This document shows, in pieces, positions 46,620-60,300 of a stretch of DNA of 64,000 nucleotides. The DNA is from Neoechinorhynchus agilis (lineage: Eukaryota; Animalia; Acanthocephala): assembly GCA_051530055.1 (NCBI GenBank), contig CM121341.1:8162784-8226783 (forward strand). Reading direction: 5' to 3'. Numbering within the stretch: the first letter of the stretch is position 1; every line of letters begins with the position of its first letter. Made by a program: the position numbers and the translations under genes. The notes under the pieces are model-generated. The model was not told the origin of the DNA. It saw only the letters and a list, made by a program, of their open reading frames with translations, and made no database searches.

Positions 46620-47215
46620 AAGAACTAAAGCGACGAAGATCAGAAGACAAGAATGGGAACATTTTGAGTGAAGGAAAAAAAGTTAAAGAAAGGTGAAGAA
46701 AATACTTCGATCAACTGTTGAACAGTAAGAATGGAGCAGAAAGAGTGCAGGAACCTAACGAAGGATTAGTCAACGCAATATCAGAGGTGGGCCCAGACGA
46801 AATATCCATAGAGGTCTGGAAAGTGCTTTAAGTTGATGCGGTTCCACTATTAATAAATCTCTTCCAACGAATACTTACTACTGAAAAGATGCCAGACGAA
46901 TGGGGCAGAGCACACTGGTACCGATATACAAACAGAGACGAGATGTCAGAGTTTGTTCAAACTACCGAGGAATCAAATTGTTGAGCTCCACGATGAAGCT
47001 ATACAAAAGGATCGCCTGCGGAGTGAAATGTCCATATCAGAGGAGCAGTGCCCGGCAGAAGTAGTACCGAAGCTGTATTCGCGTTTCGTCAGTTATATGA
47101 GAAATTTTATGAAAAACGAAGGAAAATACATAGCGTGTTCATCGACCTCGAAAAAGCCAATGAAACTGTCCTTAGAAAACTAGTATGGAACTGCCTAAGA
47201 AGAGAACTCGGCCCT
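46620..47215 (+). mobile_element. RTE-clade LINE RT fragment (frameshifted)
   Basis: GPDEISIEVWK, KMPDEW, NYRGIKLLS, MPGRSSTEAVFAFRQLYEKF and VFIDLEKA motifs. Confidence 0.88.
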
Positions 47216-47599
47216 AAAAGACTTATATCACAACGATTTAGGGCATGTACAGCCGGAGCAAAGTGGAATCCGTTTTTGCGTCGTAAGCAGCACAATGAAC
47301 TACGCACACAAGAGCTATAAAAAAATATAAGCAGCTCGAAATACTCATCGTATCAGACAACAAGGAACACAAGTATAAACAAGTGTTAGTTAATAATAAA
47401 AACGTGAAAATATACAAAACATAAATAAAAAAAAGTGCTAATGACCAGCGGAATTGATTTCTTAAATGTGTATTTTAGTGCGTATAAACAGACAAATACA
47501 ATATTATATCTTGAAACGACTACAAGTACTTAAGACACAAAGAAGCGAATATATCGTCAAGAATTCTAGCAAAAACAAGTTTCATCTTTGTAATTGAAC

Positions 47600-49205
47600 A
47601 AAGGGCAAGAACAATGCACCTTTAAGTTCTCATGAACCATCGAGTTCGAATACGAAAAATGAATGTGGCCGTTGATTTTGGGGTGTAGATTACGAGTCAG
47701 GGCGAATAGGAAGTCGGCTCGGGTGAGAACGCATGGTTATTTCCTCCAATAGAGCTTGTGAGGTCGTGTCTTAACCCAGATTCATTTTGCTTCATGATAT
47801 CCAAGAATATTTGGCAATAAGGAAAAAAGAAGCAGAGGTCGAGAGAGGTGTGAGGTAAAGGAGGATGAAACGAATCAGGATTACGATTGTTGTGCTCATG
47901 AGAAAAATGATCGATATGTGGTCGAAATTGTGTTTCAAGGGTTGAGAGGCGTTTTGATTGTTTAATGAAAATAACATCAATGCATTCGGTGGGGGGAAAG
48001 TCAGCTGTGCAAATTTTAGATGCTCTTTTACGAAGAATTTCAAGACGAAAGATTTGAGTTTTGGAAAGGTTGCAGAAGACGGGATAATCTTAAGTGATGG
48101 AGAGAAAAATAAAGGTGAAGTAAAATTTGAAGAGATCAGGTAAAGGGATTCCTAAATGTCGGAGGCGTCTGAGGAGACAAATTTTAAAGGTATTGCGCTT
48201 GAGGGAGAGAATGATGCGCGAAACCTATTTTAGGTTTGATTGAAATTGGAGACCCAGAATTCTGAGGGAGGTGACTCGTTGGATGTCAATTGGAAGCTCG
48301 GAGGGAGAATATAGGGTTTCGAGAGAATGAAGGGATCATTTCGAAGCATTTAGAGAAATTCAGGTGGAATTTTTGATTGGTGCAGAAATCTTTTATGTTT
48401 ATGATTTCATAAGAGGTTGAGGAGAGGGAAATGTGGGATGGTGAGTGGGCGAGATCGTCGGCATATAAGAAAAGTTTAGGGTGAGAGAAGAGAGGTTCGA
48501 GGTCGTTTAGGAAAACTTTATATGAGGTACGCCTTTGGTGAAGGTGATCACCGAGGAGGTAGCCTGGCAGTGAATGTACTGTTTACCACTGTGAAGATAC
48601 GATCCGAGCCAGCAGATCTGTCACGGGTTGGAGACGACCCGAAGAAGGAGTGAATTGTCAACGGCGTGGAATGTCTTCGGCAAATCCTATTGAATGAGAC
48701 GGGTGACGTGGAAGGGATCCTTCTCGAAGTTGCTTAAAAGCTTGCCATAAATGCAAAGTAGGACATCGGTTGCAGAAAATTTGGATCAGAAGCCGAATTG
48801 TAGAGGCGTTAATTCGTCGTTGAGAAGTGGAAGAAGGCGGGATTGAAAACATTTTTGGATGATTTTTGAAAGAGCGCTCAGAATGGATATTGGACGGATT
48901 GATTCGGTGGAAATCGTATGTCCTTTTATGGAACAAGTACAACTTTAGCAGTTTTAAGGCATGGGGGATAGATGCCATATAAAAAGCTGAGGTTTACATT
49001 GTGGTTAAAAGAGTCGATAAGTTCGGGGATGATGCAGCGAAGAGCCCAATTTGGGATTGAGAGGATGAATTTCGAGGTAATTTCTTAAGATGCTGTTGTA
49101 CTTCGTCTTGCTGTCTGATGTGGAGCAATGAATATTATTTGAGTCAAAGCAGAGGTTCTGATTGATGGAGTCAAGAACCTGTTTTAATTCAGAAGGGGTC
49201 AAATT
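47600..49205 (-). mobile_element. Decayed CR1/L2-like LINE (RT and 3' region), same family as 29250-30170
   Basis: LQFGF*SKFSATDVLLCIYGKLL and LFLYADDL. Nucleotide similarity to the 29 kb copy, e.g. CATCTTAAGAAATTAC and CATGAGCACAACA. The 3' boundary is approximate. Confidence 0.82.
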
Positions 49206-49299
49206 AGGGAAGGTGTTAAATCCTCTGATTTAACTTCCTCTATTTCTTTATTTTCTAAAAAAACAAAACGAACAACCAAAACCCACTTTACGCACAACA

Positions 49300-52200
49300 A
49301 GATTTATTCATCATTTAAACATATAAAGATGTTTTTAGACAGCAATCATATAGACAACCAGCTCTTTAAGCGATTGGAACAGAAAGTCTTCAGCTCTCCG
49401 GCCCAGGGAAACGGCAGAGACTCGAGGTGTTTGAAAAACGACTGAACAAAGGCAGTCTTGAGTTCAGGGGCGACCCCTTGAGAAGAAAATTAGGCCGGGA
49501 ATACCCCAGGTTTTCCATATGGCTTGAGCTTGGGACGCATTTAAGCCTGGTTTCATGTCTCGTCTAGCCATTTTATTGCCTATTTTAAGAAGCTTTTTCA
49601 TTTTATTAATATTTGTCCTAGGTGAAAGGTTCACAGTAAAGGTGTACCCTAGAACGCGTAATTTCAAGAGCACATTGTCCATTTTTGAATTATTCGAGGG
49701 ATTCAATAAATTGTTAACGCTGTCCGTCAGCTTCCTCTGATTCCTTTTCAGACAACCGAAGAAAAGCTTCCTGACGAAGACGCAAGGCGTCGAAAATTTG
49801 AAGCAATAAACAAATAAAGCACCTATTTTCCGTTCGATAATAAATCTGGAATAAACATGAGGGTGTTGGGAAAAGAGGCTTTCCATAATATCACAAATTT
49901 TGAAGTTTTTAACTATATATTGAGAAGCCAGTAAGAAGAGAATTGGGGAAAGCGGAGACCCTTGACGTACACCGTTGATCGGATAAAAAATAGTTTTTGA
50001 GATATCATTTTCGTAATAGAAAGATTTGGTGATCAAATTATGTAGAACACTAAAAAATTCCAGCATTCCAATTATAAAATAGAGAGAAATCTTGTCGAAG
50101 GCCTGTGAAATATCCACTACCAGAAGGGCTTTCATAGGCAGATTGGAGTTCTTAAAACTATCGTAGATACTAGTAAGGAGCGGAATGTACTGAATTTCCT
50201 TTTCGAAATCCATGGCAATTGGCCGAGATACAGTTGTGCTCCGATAAAAAATGAAAATAAACGACGCGCCAGCGCTCTCGTAAATTGTGACAAAAGGATT
50301 CTGTAAGGAAATGGGCGAAGGTCCTTTGGCTGTGAAATTGATTTTTTCCATTTTTGATAATGAAAATACGCCGTGAGACATTAATCTCTCGCCAAGCGTA
50401 ACGAGAGCAGTTTAGTATCGTTCGGGCCAAGTGAACGATACTATCATGGGCTAGTGAATTAAAAATTTTGTTACCAGAACTGGAATTCGAAGACGCCAAT
50501 TTTGGGTTATTTGACCAAACCTCAAGAATATCATCCGGAGTCAAATCCACTCTGTTTGCGATTTTTTCCGAAAAATTATTGTTGGAGGGATATCTTTGAG
50601 GGAACCCGAAGAGTGAAATTCGAAAATAGAATTTAATATATCTTCAAATGTCGAAACCTTAAGCCAGCCTGTTATTTTAGATTTGTAAGGTAGATTGCTC
50701 TTCGCTCGAGGAAAACGGTTTCAAGACGGCAAGTAAATTAGTTCTCTGATGTAACTGCTGTCGACAGTGAGCAGCCCAGAAATGACTGGTTAATGATTTG
50801 ACAAGAGGGACATCACCGGACCTCTTTGCCAAAAAGAGTTGGCGTCCAAGATAGGTCGAGAGAAAGTCCTCACCGTACGAAATAGAAAAATATTAGCTAA
50901 CTCGTTAAGAGCATTATTAACGAAAGGTACGAGATAAAAGGGCTTATTTTGATTAAGTGCTAGAGAGATAAGATTTTGACTAACTAGGCGGAAAAAGGCA
51001 ACGTTGAGTGGGGATATGTGGTAGGTTTTTCGTAGTGTAGAGTTAGGACCAAAGGACCAAATTAGGATATCATGCCCTAACAGGTCTAAAAGAGACACCT
51101 GACGATCGAATTGAATCAAGAAATTGAGGTGTCTCTTATAAATGATCAGATCTAAGAACGAGTGCGTATTATAAGCGAGATTATGAAAAGAGGGAGTAGA
51201 GGGATAGGTTAAAGAGTAAAAAGGTTGAACTGCGTTGACATTGGCCTTAGACCATTTTAAAGATGGATCATTGAAGTCTCCCACTATGAAGTCAATATTG
51301 GCTCTGAGAAGCCATTTGATTCTGCTTTCAATGTATGCTCGGTGGGTAAAACCTGGTTTAATGTATAAATTGATAAAGGTGAGAAATTTCTTATTTACAA
51401 GGATTTTGAAAAGGGGGTGAAGTAAAAGAAGACAATAGAGAGGATTAAGCGAAGAGTGAAAAATTGAAATAAGACCCTGGGAGGCGGGACTAAAATGAGC
51501 AGTGATAAAAAAGAGGAATTGAGGCAGATAGCTATAAAGTTGATCCAGGTATAAACACTTTCCGTTTCCTGCAGGAAAATGATTGAGACCCATGGTAAGA
51601 AACGAGCTAGCCTGTTAAGGTTGGTCGCCCCACCACAGTTCCACTGTGACACCCGAAAATCCCAAACCATTACCTGGGCCTTTGAGCTATCAGAGTTTTC
51701 TGGTGGCTGCATCTGGAATAAAAGCCGCAGTCCCATTATTAATAAGCGCGGTTTGAGCGTTGATGATTGTAGTAACGAAGTCAGAATCAGTTTCATCCAA
51801 TTCCAATATTGAATCATCACTATCAGATCGAGTCACATTGGAGGTTATATTGGATTTTTTGGCCGATCGAGGGTTCGTATCGGGCGAATTGAGTCTCTTT
51901 TGTTTCAAATCTCTTGGAAATTGGAAGCTGGAAGAGATTATATCTGGGAGATTGCCAAGATTGCCGATCTCAAAAGTAGTGATAGCTTCGGTAAAAAGTG
52001 CTTGCATAACCGTCAGTAGCTTGTTACAGACCTCCTCCAGACGACATTCTAGATGTTCCATCGTTACTAGCTGCGATGAGACCGTACTTTGAGATACATT
52101 AATGCCCGAACTTCTTGAGGTAGTCCACTAAAGGAGAAGATACCTGATGCATAGAATTGGAAACAGGAATCGCCGAGATCATTGGTTCACGCATAAATCG

Positions 52201-53000
52201 AGAGCGTGAGCTATTATTGAATTGTCCTTTTTGAGAGCAGGACCAACAGTTTTTGAAGGCTGAACAACCTTTATAGAAAACCGAATGTTGACCTCCGCAG
52301 TTTGCACAACGTTTAATTGATTTGTTTGGACAATTCTGAGAGGAGTGTTCTGTCTCCGCGCAGAAACGACATTTAGGAGTGTTCGAGATACATTGTTGGG
52401 TCCAATGGCCCCAGCCATGACAAATATTGCACTTTAGAAAAATATAGTCATCCTGAGGACTGCTAGATTTTTTGTGAAACGTATTTCAAAGCAGTTGAAA
52501 GCACTGTGCGTATTTTCGCATAATTCATTCCTAAATTATCTAGAGCCTTCGACCATGGCTAACGAGATCGGCTTGCCTGATCTGCGTGAATTGAGAAAAA
52601 AATTTAATTTTGACCTTGAAAAGCTTTTCAAATTCCGCTTTTTCTTCACAATTTAAATTTGGTTGCAGTCCATTCGCAAGGAATTGTACTTTTTGAGTGA
52701 CCGATTCAACTGAGTAGACATCACGCGGAAGATTGGAGCTTGCAAAGTCCTTTAGACTGGCTAGCCAGGCATTATTAATCAAGTAGACTCTTAAGATTCC
52801 ACCGAAATAGGTAACACGATCGATTCGTTTAATACCGTCGTTTTGAAACGAGCGTGCCCAGGGGGCAACGCTGTGATTATAAATTACTTCTTTAGGCATT
52901 ATCGGGTTTGATTTGATATTGAGGATGAAAGGCCATCGTTTGATTGGATAAACTAAGTATCCATGAGTATTGATTGCATATGTCGACTGTTCAGGGTTTT
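49300..53000 (-). mobile_element. Decayed two-ORF APE-type LINE: ORF1 with three zinc knuckles, then endonuclease, then RT
   Basis: ORF1 contains CNICHGWGHWTQQC, CRFCAETEHSSQNC and CANCGGQHSVFYKGC (~52260-52435). EN motifs are QWNCGG, IIFLQET, IVGDFND and FLDLII. RT motifs are PISLQN, VDISQAFDKI, GVRQGSPLSP and VLGY. The 3' end is AATAAATCTTGTTG at ~49300-49312. Confidence 0.88.
49766..49804 (+). ncRNA. Minimal hammerhead motif identical to that at 33408, antisense within the LINE RT ORF
   Basis: GCTTC-CTGACGA-A-GACGC-AAG-GCGTC-GAAA-AT-TT-GAAGC, inside a ~178 bp segment (49716-49893) shared with 33340-33535. Confidence 0.8.
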
Positions 53001-53199
53001 TTGAATCTGAGACCCCTCCAACAGGAGCTGAGAAGAGGGATCCGATCCCGAATAGGTGACTAATTGCTGTTGAGACTCCGAGGTTAAAGAAAACCTCTAA
53101 GCATTAGGTGGTCTTTTGCCACCAACCGCAACAAGTTTCGAAAACATGTTGCTGACCGTGCTTTTGCTATGTTGTTGCCCCATGTCCACTATCGGGCTT

Positions 53200-53720
53200 G
53201 CTTGATCGATCACGCAACCGGTGATGTCGTCGGTTATTTGATAAAAGAATTTGTCTACAATTTCGGCTAGTGCGGTCAGATCGAGAGTATCCTGGGAGGT
53301 GACCAGTTCACGGGCCTTTGTCGGCAGCTTGTTGATAAAGTGGTATCGAAACAGGGGATCAGCGGCCGGGTACGAGTTCAAAAAGTAGGCGTGAGGGTGT
53401 GTCTTCCTTGATTGCTAGCTCCACGATCATCTGCATCCGCTGGAATTCGGGAACGCTGAAGATATGTGTCAGGCGGCTTTTCAGCGCGTTGTACCGATCG
53501 CCGGGCGGTTGGCGACGAAACTCCTAAGTCGGCCCAGGGTCTCGGCATCCAGAGTCGTAAAAACGTAGTTGTACTTGGTTTGGTCCTGGGTGATCTTCCG
53601 GAGGTTGAATGTGGCCTCGACCTACGAGAACCACATCGCGACGTCCTTCGGTGTGAAAGTTGGTAGTCGCACCGAGACCGTGCTGATATGGGCAAGGTTT
53701 GCCGGTCAGATGTTGACGTC
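53200..53720 (-). mobile_element. Ty3/Gypsy gag N-terminal remnant (DUF7041-like), with stops and frameshifts
   Basis: Translation gives VSVRLPTFTPKDVAMWFS*VEATFNLRKITQDQTKYNYV, then DPLFRYHFINKLPTKARELV...LTALAEIVDKF. Confidence 0.82.
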
Positions 53721-54179
53721 TCATGGTTGCTGTTACCAATATAGCGGCGGCACGCAATCAAGAAGTATTTACTATTGTACTCTACAGTGGCCAAATGTGT
53801 TGCCTTTCCGTCCGTCCGCCGACACAAGACCTCCTACGGTCGTACGCCGGGCATTTGGATCTTCTGTCCTTATGGGGCGAAGAGTATACCCATTTGAAAC
53901 CTTATTTTTCATAACTTCATCAGTAACTGGAAACAAGGAAACTCCTTGGGCGATCTCATTACCCTTAACATTATATACAGCAACATCGGTAGGCGTTCTT
54001 TTGCCGCCTGTATCACACTCACGCAAACAAACCTTATCGATCTACATCATCTCTAAGTCACTCACACCACCGCCATCAGGCGGCTCGGAGCATCTCGTAT
54101 GAACAATTTTATCACACGCGACGCGAAAACCGAAATTAGCGTGCATAACTATCGTAATTTATTTGCCAAAAACAAACAA

Positions 54180-54262
54180 AACGCAACAACAACAACAAGA
54201 TTTATCGTATATTTAGGCAGTGTCAAACAACGCTACAACAACAACAAGATTTATTCGTCAAG
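54180..54262 (-). mobile_element. Two tandem LINE 3'-end-like tails (A(A/T)TAAATC-(TTG)n)
   Basis: The + strand has ACAACAACAACAAGATTTAT twice, matching the tail of the 49.3 kb LINE (ACAACAAGATTTATTC). Confidence 0.5.
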
Positions 54263-54384
54263 AGTCCATTTTTAGAAACAACGCAACGGCGTACACTAAT
54301 ATATATAACAGAACAAAATATCGATCAGTTAAATGTACGCACGTTGAACTCATCGATATTTACACACCTAGTTAATATCACCCA

Positions 54385-57300
54385 ACCCCCTCCTGGACCT
54401 CATCGTGGTATGGAAGGAAGAGTACCCGGGAAGGATGGCTGAATCGCTGTTGAAGATGGTAAGCCACGTTTCTGTTAAGATGACTACGTCGGCTTTTGAG
54501 GTAGATGAATTGAGTGAAATTTTACCTAGTTTAGGGAGGAGGTTACGATTACTGGAGTAGTCCTAGGAGACACAATTTGATCATAGATGACCAGTTAATC
54601 ACTTGTGGTGTTTATGAGCTCCATCTTGGAGTCAATTTGGAGCAAGGAGAACTCAAGTCGAGAGGTCGGAGGGCGATAGACGCCAGCAATGGTGAATTCT
54701 CTGAGGTAGATTCTCAGAGGAGCTATGAAATGGACTGCGATGAATTCTATATCGAAGTTTTGAAGAGAGCCTGTGATAGATAAAGAGTAAGGTAACGATT
54801 GCCGTAAGTAAACTGAGACCCCCCTCCTGGACCGTCATCGTGGTATGGAAGGAAGAGTACCCGGGAAGGATGGCTGAATCGCTGTTGAAGATGGTAAGCC
54901 ACGTTTCTGTTCAGATGACTACGTCGGCTTTGAGGTAGATGAATTGAGTGAAATTTTATCTAGTTTAGGAAGGAGGTTAAAGGAGTTCGGAGTAGACCAA
55001 GGAGACACAATTTGATCATAGATGACCAGTTAATCACTTGTGGTGCTTTTATGAGCTTCATCATAGAGTCAATTTGAAGCGAGGAGGACTCAGGTCGAGA
55101 TGCTGGAGGGTGATAGACGCCAGCAATGGTGAATTCCCTAAGGCCGTTTCTCAGAGGAGCTATGAAATGGACTGCGATAAATTCTAAATCGGGGTTTCGC
55201 AGAGAGCCTGTGAGAGATAAAGAGTAAGGTAGCGATTGCCGTACGTAAATTGAGACCCCCTCCTGGACGGTCATCACGGTAGGGAAGGAAGAGTACCCGG
55301 GAAGGATGGCTGACTCGCTGTTGAAGGGGGAAAGCCACGTTTCTGTTAAGATGACTACGTCGGCTTTTGAGGTAGATGAATTAAGTGAAATTTTATCTAG
55401 TTTAGGAAGGAGGTTACGAGTACTGGAGTAGTCCAACGAGACACAATTTGATCATAGATGACCAGTTAATCACTTGTGGTGTTTATGAGCTTCATCACGG
55501 AGTCAATTTGGAGCAAGGAGGACTCAAGTCGAGAGGTCGGAGGTGGCGATAGACGCCAGCAATGGCAGAATTCTGGAGGTAGATTCTCAGAGAGCTATGA
55601 AATGGACTGCGATGAATTATATCGAAGTTTTGAAGAGAGCCTGTGATAGATAAAGAGTAAGGTAACGATTGCCGTACGTAAACTGAGACCTCCTCCCGAC
55701 GGTCATCGGTATGGAAGGAAGAGCGGGTCGGGAAGGATGGCTGAATCGCTGTTGAAGATGGTAAGCCACGTTTCTATTAAGAATATCATTTGCCTTTTGA
55801 GGTAGATGAATTGAGTGAAATTTTATCTAGTTTAGGAAGGAGGTTGCGATTACTGAGAACTAAGGAGACACAATTTGATCATACATGACCAGTTAATCAC
55901 TGTGGTGCTTATGAGCTCCATCATGGAGTCAATTTTGAGGCAAGGAGGACTCAAGTCTAGAGGTTTGAGGCGATAGACGCCAATGGTGAATTCTCTAAGG
56001 CCGTTTCTCAGAGGAGCTATGAAATGGACTGCGATGAATTCTAAATCGGGGTTTTGAAGAGAGCCTGTGAAGGATAAAGGTAACGATTGCCGTACGTAAA
56101 TTGAGATCCCACTCCTGGGCGGTTATCGCGGTATGGAAGGAAGAGTAACCGGGAAGGATGGCTGAATCGCTGTTGAAGGGGGCATGCCACGTTTCTGTTG
56201 AGATGACTACGTCGGCTTTTGAGGTAGATGAAATGAGTGAAATTTCATCTAGTTTAGGAAGGAGGTTGCGATTACTGGAGTAGTCCAAGGAGACACAATT
56301 TGATCATACATGACCAGTTAATCACTTGTGGTAACAAGAGCTCCATCATGGAGTCAATTTGGAGCAAGGAGGACTCAAGTCTAGAGGTCAGAGGGCGATA
56401 GACGCCAGCAATGGTGAATTCCTCGAGGTCGTTTCTCAGAGGAGCTATGAAATGGACTTGACGAATCGTATATCGAAGTTTTGAAGAGAGCTCGTGATAG
56501 ATAAAGAGTAAGGTAACGATTGCCGTACGTAAACTGAGACCCCCTCCTGGACGGTCATCGTGGTATGGGCGAAGAGTACCTTGGAAGGATGGCTGAATCG
56601 CCGCTGAAGGGGTAAGCCACGTTTCTATTAAGATGACTACGTCGGCTTTTAAGGTAGATGAATTGAGTGAAATTTATCTAGTTTAGGAAGGAGGTTGCGA
56701 TTACTGGAGTAGTCCAAGGAGACACAATTTGATCATACATAAATGGTGCAAATTTGTGGAGTTTATGAGCTCCATCATCGAGTCAATTTGAAGCGAGGAG
56801 GACTCAGGTCGAGATGCTGGAGGGTGATAGACGCCAGCAATGGTGAATTCCCTAAGGCCGTTTCTCAGAGGAGCTATGAAATGGACTGCGATAAATTCTA
56901 AATCGGGGTTTCGCAGAGAGCCTGCGGATAGATAAAGAGTAAGGTAACGATTGCCGTACGTAAACTGAGACCCCCTTCCTGGACGGTTATCGTGGTATGG
57001 AAGGAAGAGTACCCGGGAAGGATGGCTGAATCGCTGTTGAAGATGGTAAGCCACGTTTCTATTAAGATGACTACGTCGGCTTTGAGGTAGATGAATTGAG
57101 TGAAATTTTATCTAGTTTAGGAAGGAGGTTGCGATTACTGGAGTAGTCCAACGAGACACAATTTGATCATACATGACCAGTTAATCACTTGTGGTGTTTA
57201 TGAGCTCCATCATGGAGTCAATTTGGAGCAAGGAGGACTCAAGTCGAGAGGTCGGAGTGCGATAGACGCCAGCAATGGTGAATTCTTTGAGGTCGTTTCT

Positions 57301-60300
57301 CAGAGGAGCTATGAAATGGACTGCGATGAATTCTATATCGAAGTTTTGAAGAGCGCCTGTGATAGATAAAGAGTAAGGTAACGATTGCCGTACGTAAACT
57401 GAGACCCCCCTCCTTGACGGTCATCGTGGTATGGAAGGAAGAGTACCCGGGAAGGATGGCTGAATCGCTGTTGAAGGGGTAAGCCACGTTTCTATTAAGA
57501 TGACTACGTCGGCTTTTGAGGTAGATGAATTGAGTGAACTTTTATCTAGTTTAGGAAGGAGGTTACGAATACTGGAGTGGTCCTGGGAGACACAATTTGA
57601 TCATAGATGACCAGTTAATCACTTGTAGAGTTTATGAGCTCCATCATGGAGTTAATTTGGAGCAAGGAGGACTCAAGTCGAGAGGTCGGTAGGCGATAGA
57701 CGCCAGCAATGGTGAATTCTCTAAGGAAATCGACTGCGATGAATTTTAAGTTGGGCTCTTGAAGCGAGCCTGTGAGAGATAAAGAATAAGGTAGCGATTG
57801 CTGTAAGTAAATTGAGACCATCATCCTGGGCGGTCATCGCGGTATGTATGGAAGGAAGAGTACCCGGGGAGGATGGCTGAATCGCTGTTGAAGGGGGTAA
57901 GCCAATTTTCTGTTAAGATTATCACGTCGGCTTTTGAGGTAGATCAAATGAGTGAAATTTCATCTAGTTTAGAAAGGAGGTTACGATTAAGTAGTCCTGG
58001 GAGACACAATTTGGATCATAGATGACCAGTTAATCACTTGTGGTGTTTATGAGCTCCATCATGGAGTCAATTTGGAGCAAGGAGGACTCACGTCGAGAGG
58101 TCGGAGGGCGATAGACGCCAGCAATGGTGAATTCTCTGAGGTAGATTCTCAGAGGAGCTATGAAATGGACTGCGATGAATTCTATATCGAAGTTTTGAAG
58201 GGAGCCTGTGATAGATAAAGAGTAAGGTAACGATTGCCGTACGTAAATTGAGACCCCCCTCCTGGACCGTCATCGTGGTATGGAAGGAAGAGTACCCGGG
58301 AAGGATGGCTGAATCGCTGTTGAAGATGGTAAGCCACGTTTCTGTTAAGATGACTACGTCGGCTTTTGAGGTAGATGAATTGAGTGAAATTTTGTCTAGT
58401 TTAGGGAGGAGGTTACGAGTACTGGAGTAGTCCTGGGAGACACAATTTGATCATACATGACCAGTTAATCACTTGTGGTGTTTATGAGCTCCATCTTGGA
58501 GTCAATTTGGAACAAGGAGGACTCAAGGCGAGAGGTCGGAGGGCGATAGACGCCAGCAATGGTGAATTCTCTGAGGTCGATTCTCAGAGGAGCTATGAAA
58601 TGGACTGCGATGAATTCTATATCGAAGTTTTGAAGAGAGCCTGTGATAGATAAAGAGTAAGGTAACGATTGCCGTACGTAAACTGAGACCCCCCTCCTTG
58701 ACGGTTATCGTGGTATGGAAGGAAGAGTACCCGGGAAGGATGTCTGAATCGCTGTTGAAGATGGTAAGCCACGTTTCTATTAAGATGACTACGTCGGCTT
58801 TTGAGGTAGATGAATTGAGTGAAATTTTATCTAGTTTAGGGAAGGAGGCTACGAGTACCGAGTAGTCCAAGGAGACACAATTTGATCATACATGACCATA
58901 ATCACTTGTGGTGTTTATGAGCTCCATCATGGAGCTCATTTGGAGCAAGGAGGAGACTCAAGTCGAGAGGTCGGAGGACGATATCAGCAATGGTGAATTC
59001 TCTGAGGTCGTTTCTCAGAAGAGCTAGAAAATGGACTGCGATGAATTCCATATCGAAGTTTTGAAGAGAGCCTGTGATAGATAAAGAGTAAGGTAACGAT
59101 TGCCGTACGTAAATTGAGACCCCCCCTCCAGGACGGTTATCGTTGTATGGAAGGAAGAGTACCCGGGAAGGATGGCTGAATCGCTGTTGAAGATGGTAAG
59201 CCACGTTTCTATTAAGATGACTACGTCGGCTTTTTAGGTAGATGAATTGAGTGAAATTTTATCTAGTTTAGGAAGGAGGTTACGAGTACTGGAGTAGTCC
59301 AAGGAGACACAATTTGATGATAGATGACGAGTTAATCACTTGTGGTGTTTATGAGCTTCATCACGGAGTCAATTTGGAGCAAGGAGGACTCACGTCGAGA
59401 GGTCGGAGGGCGATAGACGCCAGCAATGGTGAATTCTCTGAGGTAGATTCTCAGAGGAGCTATGAAATGGACTGCGATGAATTCTATATCGAAGTTTTGA
59501 AGAGAGCCTGTGATAGATAAAGAGTAAGGAAACGATTGCCGTAAGTAAACTGAGACCCCCCTCCTGGACCGTCATCGTGGTATGGAAGGAAGAGTACCCG
59601 GGAAGGATGGCTGAATCGCTGTTGAAGATGGTAAGCCACGTTTCTGTTAAGATGACTACGTCGCTTTTGAGGTAGATGAATTGAGGAATTTATCTAGTTT
59701 AGGAAGGAGGTTGCGATTAGTCGGAGTAGTCCAAGGAGACACAATTTGATCATACATGACCAGTTAATCACTTGTGGTGTTTATGAGCTCCATCATGGAG
59801 TCAATTTGGAGCAAGGAGGACTCAAGTCTAGAGGTCGGAGGGCGATAGACGCCAGCAATGGTGAATTCTCTGAGGTCGTTTCTCAGAGGAGCTATGAAAT
59901 GGACTGCGATGAATTCCATATCGAAGTTTTGAAGAGAGCCTGTGATAGATAAAGAGTAAGGTAACGATTGCCGTACGTAAACTGAGACCCCAATCCTGGA
60001 CGGTCATCGTGGTATGGAAGGAAGAGTACCCGGGAAGGATGGCTGAATCGCTGTTGAAGGGGGTAAGCCACGTTTCTATTAAGATGACTACGTCGGCTTT
60101 TGAGGTGATGAATTGAGTGAAATTTTATCTTGTTTAGGAAGGAGGTTGCGATTACTGGAGTAGTCCAAGGAGACACAATTTGATCATACATGACCAGTTA
60201 ATCACTTGTGGTGTTTATGAGCTCCATCATGGAGTCAATTTGGAGCAAGGAGGACTCAAGTCTAGAGGTCGGAGGGCGATAGACGCCAGCAATGGTGAAT

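Noticed and set aside
53730-53750. Primer-binding site (TGGTAACAGC, minus strand) and LTR for the Gypsy remnant
   Set aside because: Imperfect tRNA match and no paired LTR is visible.
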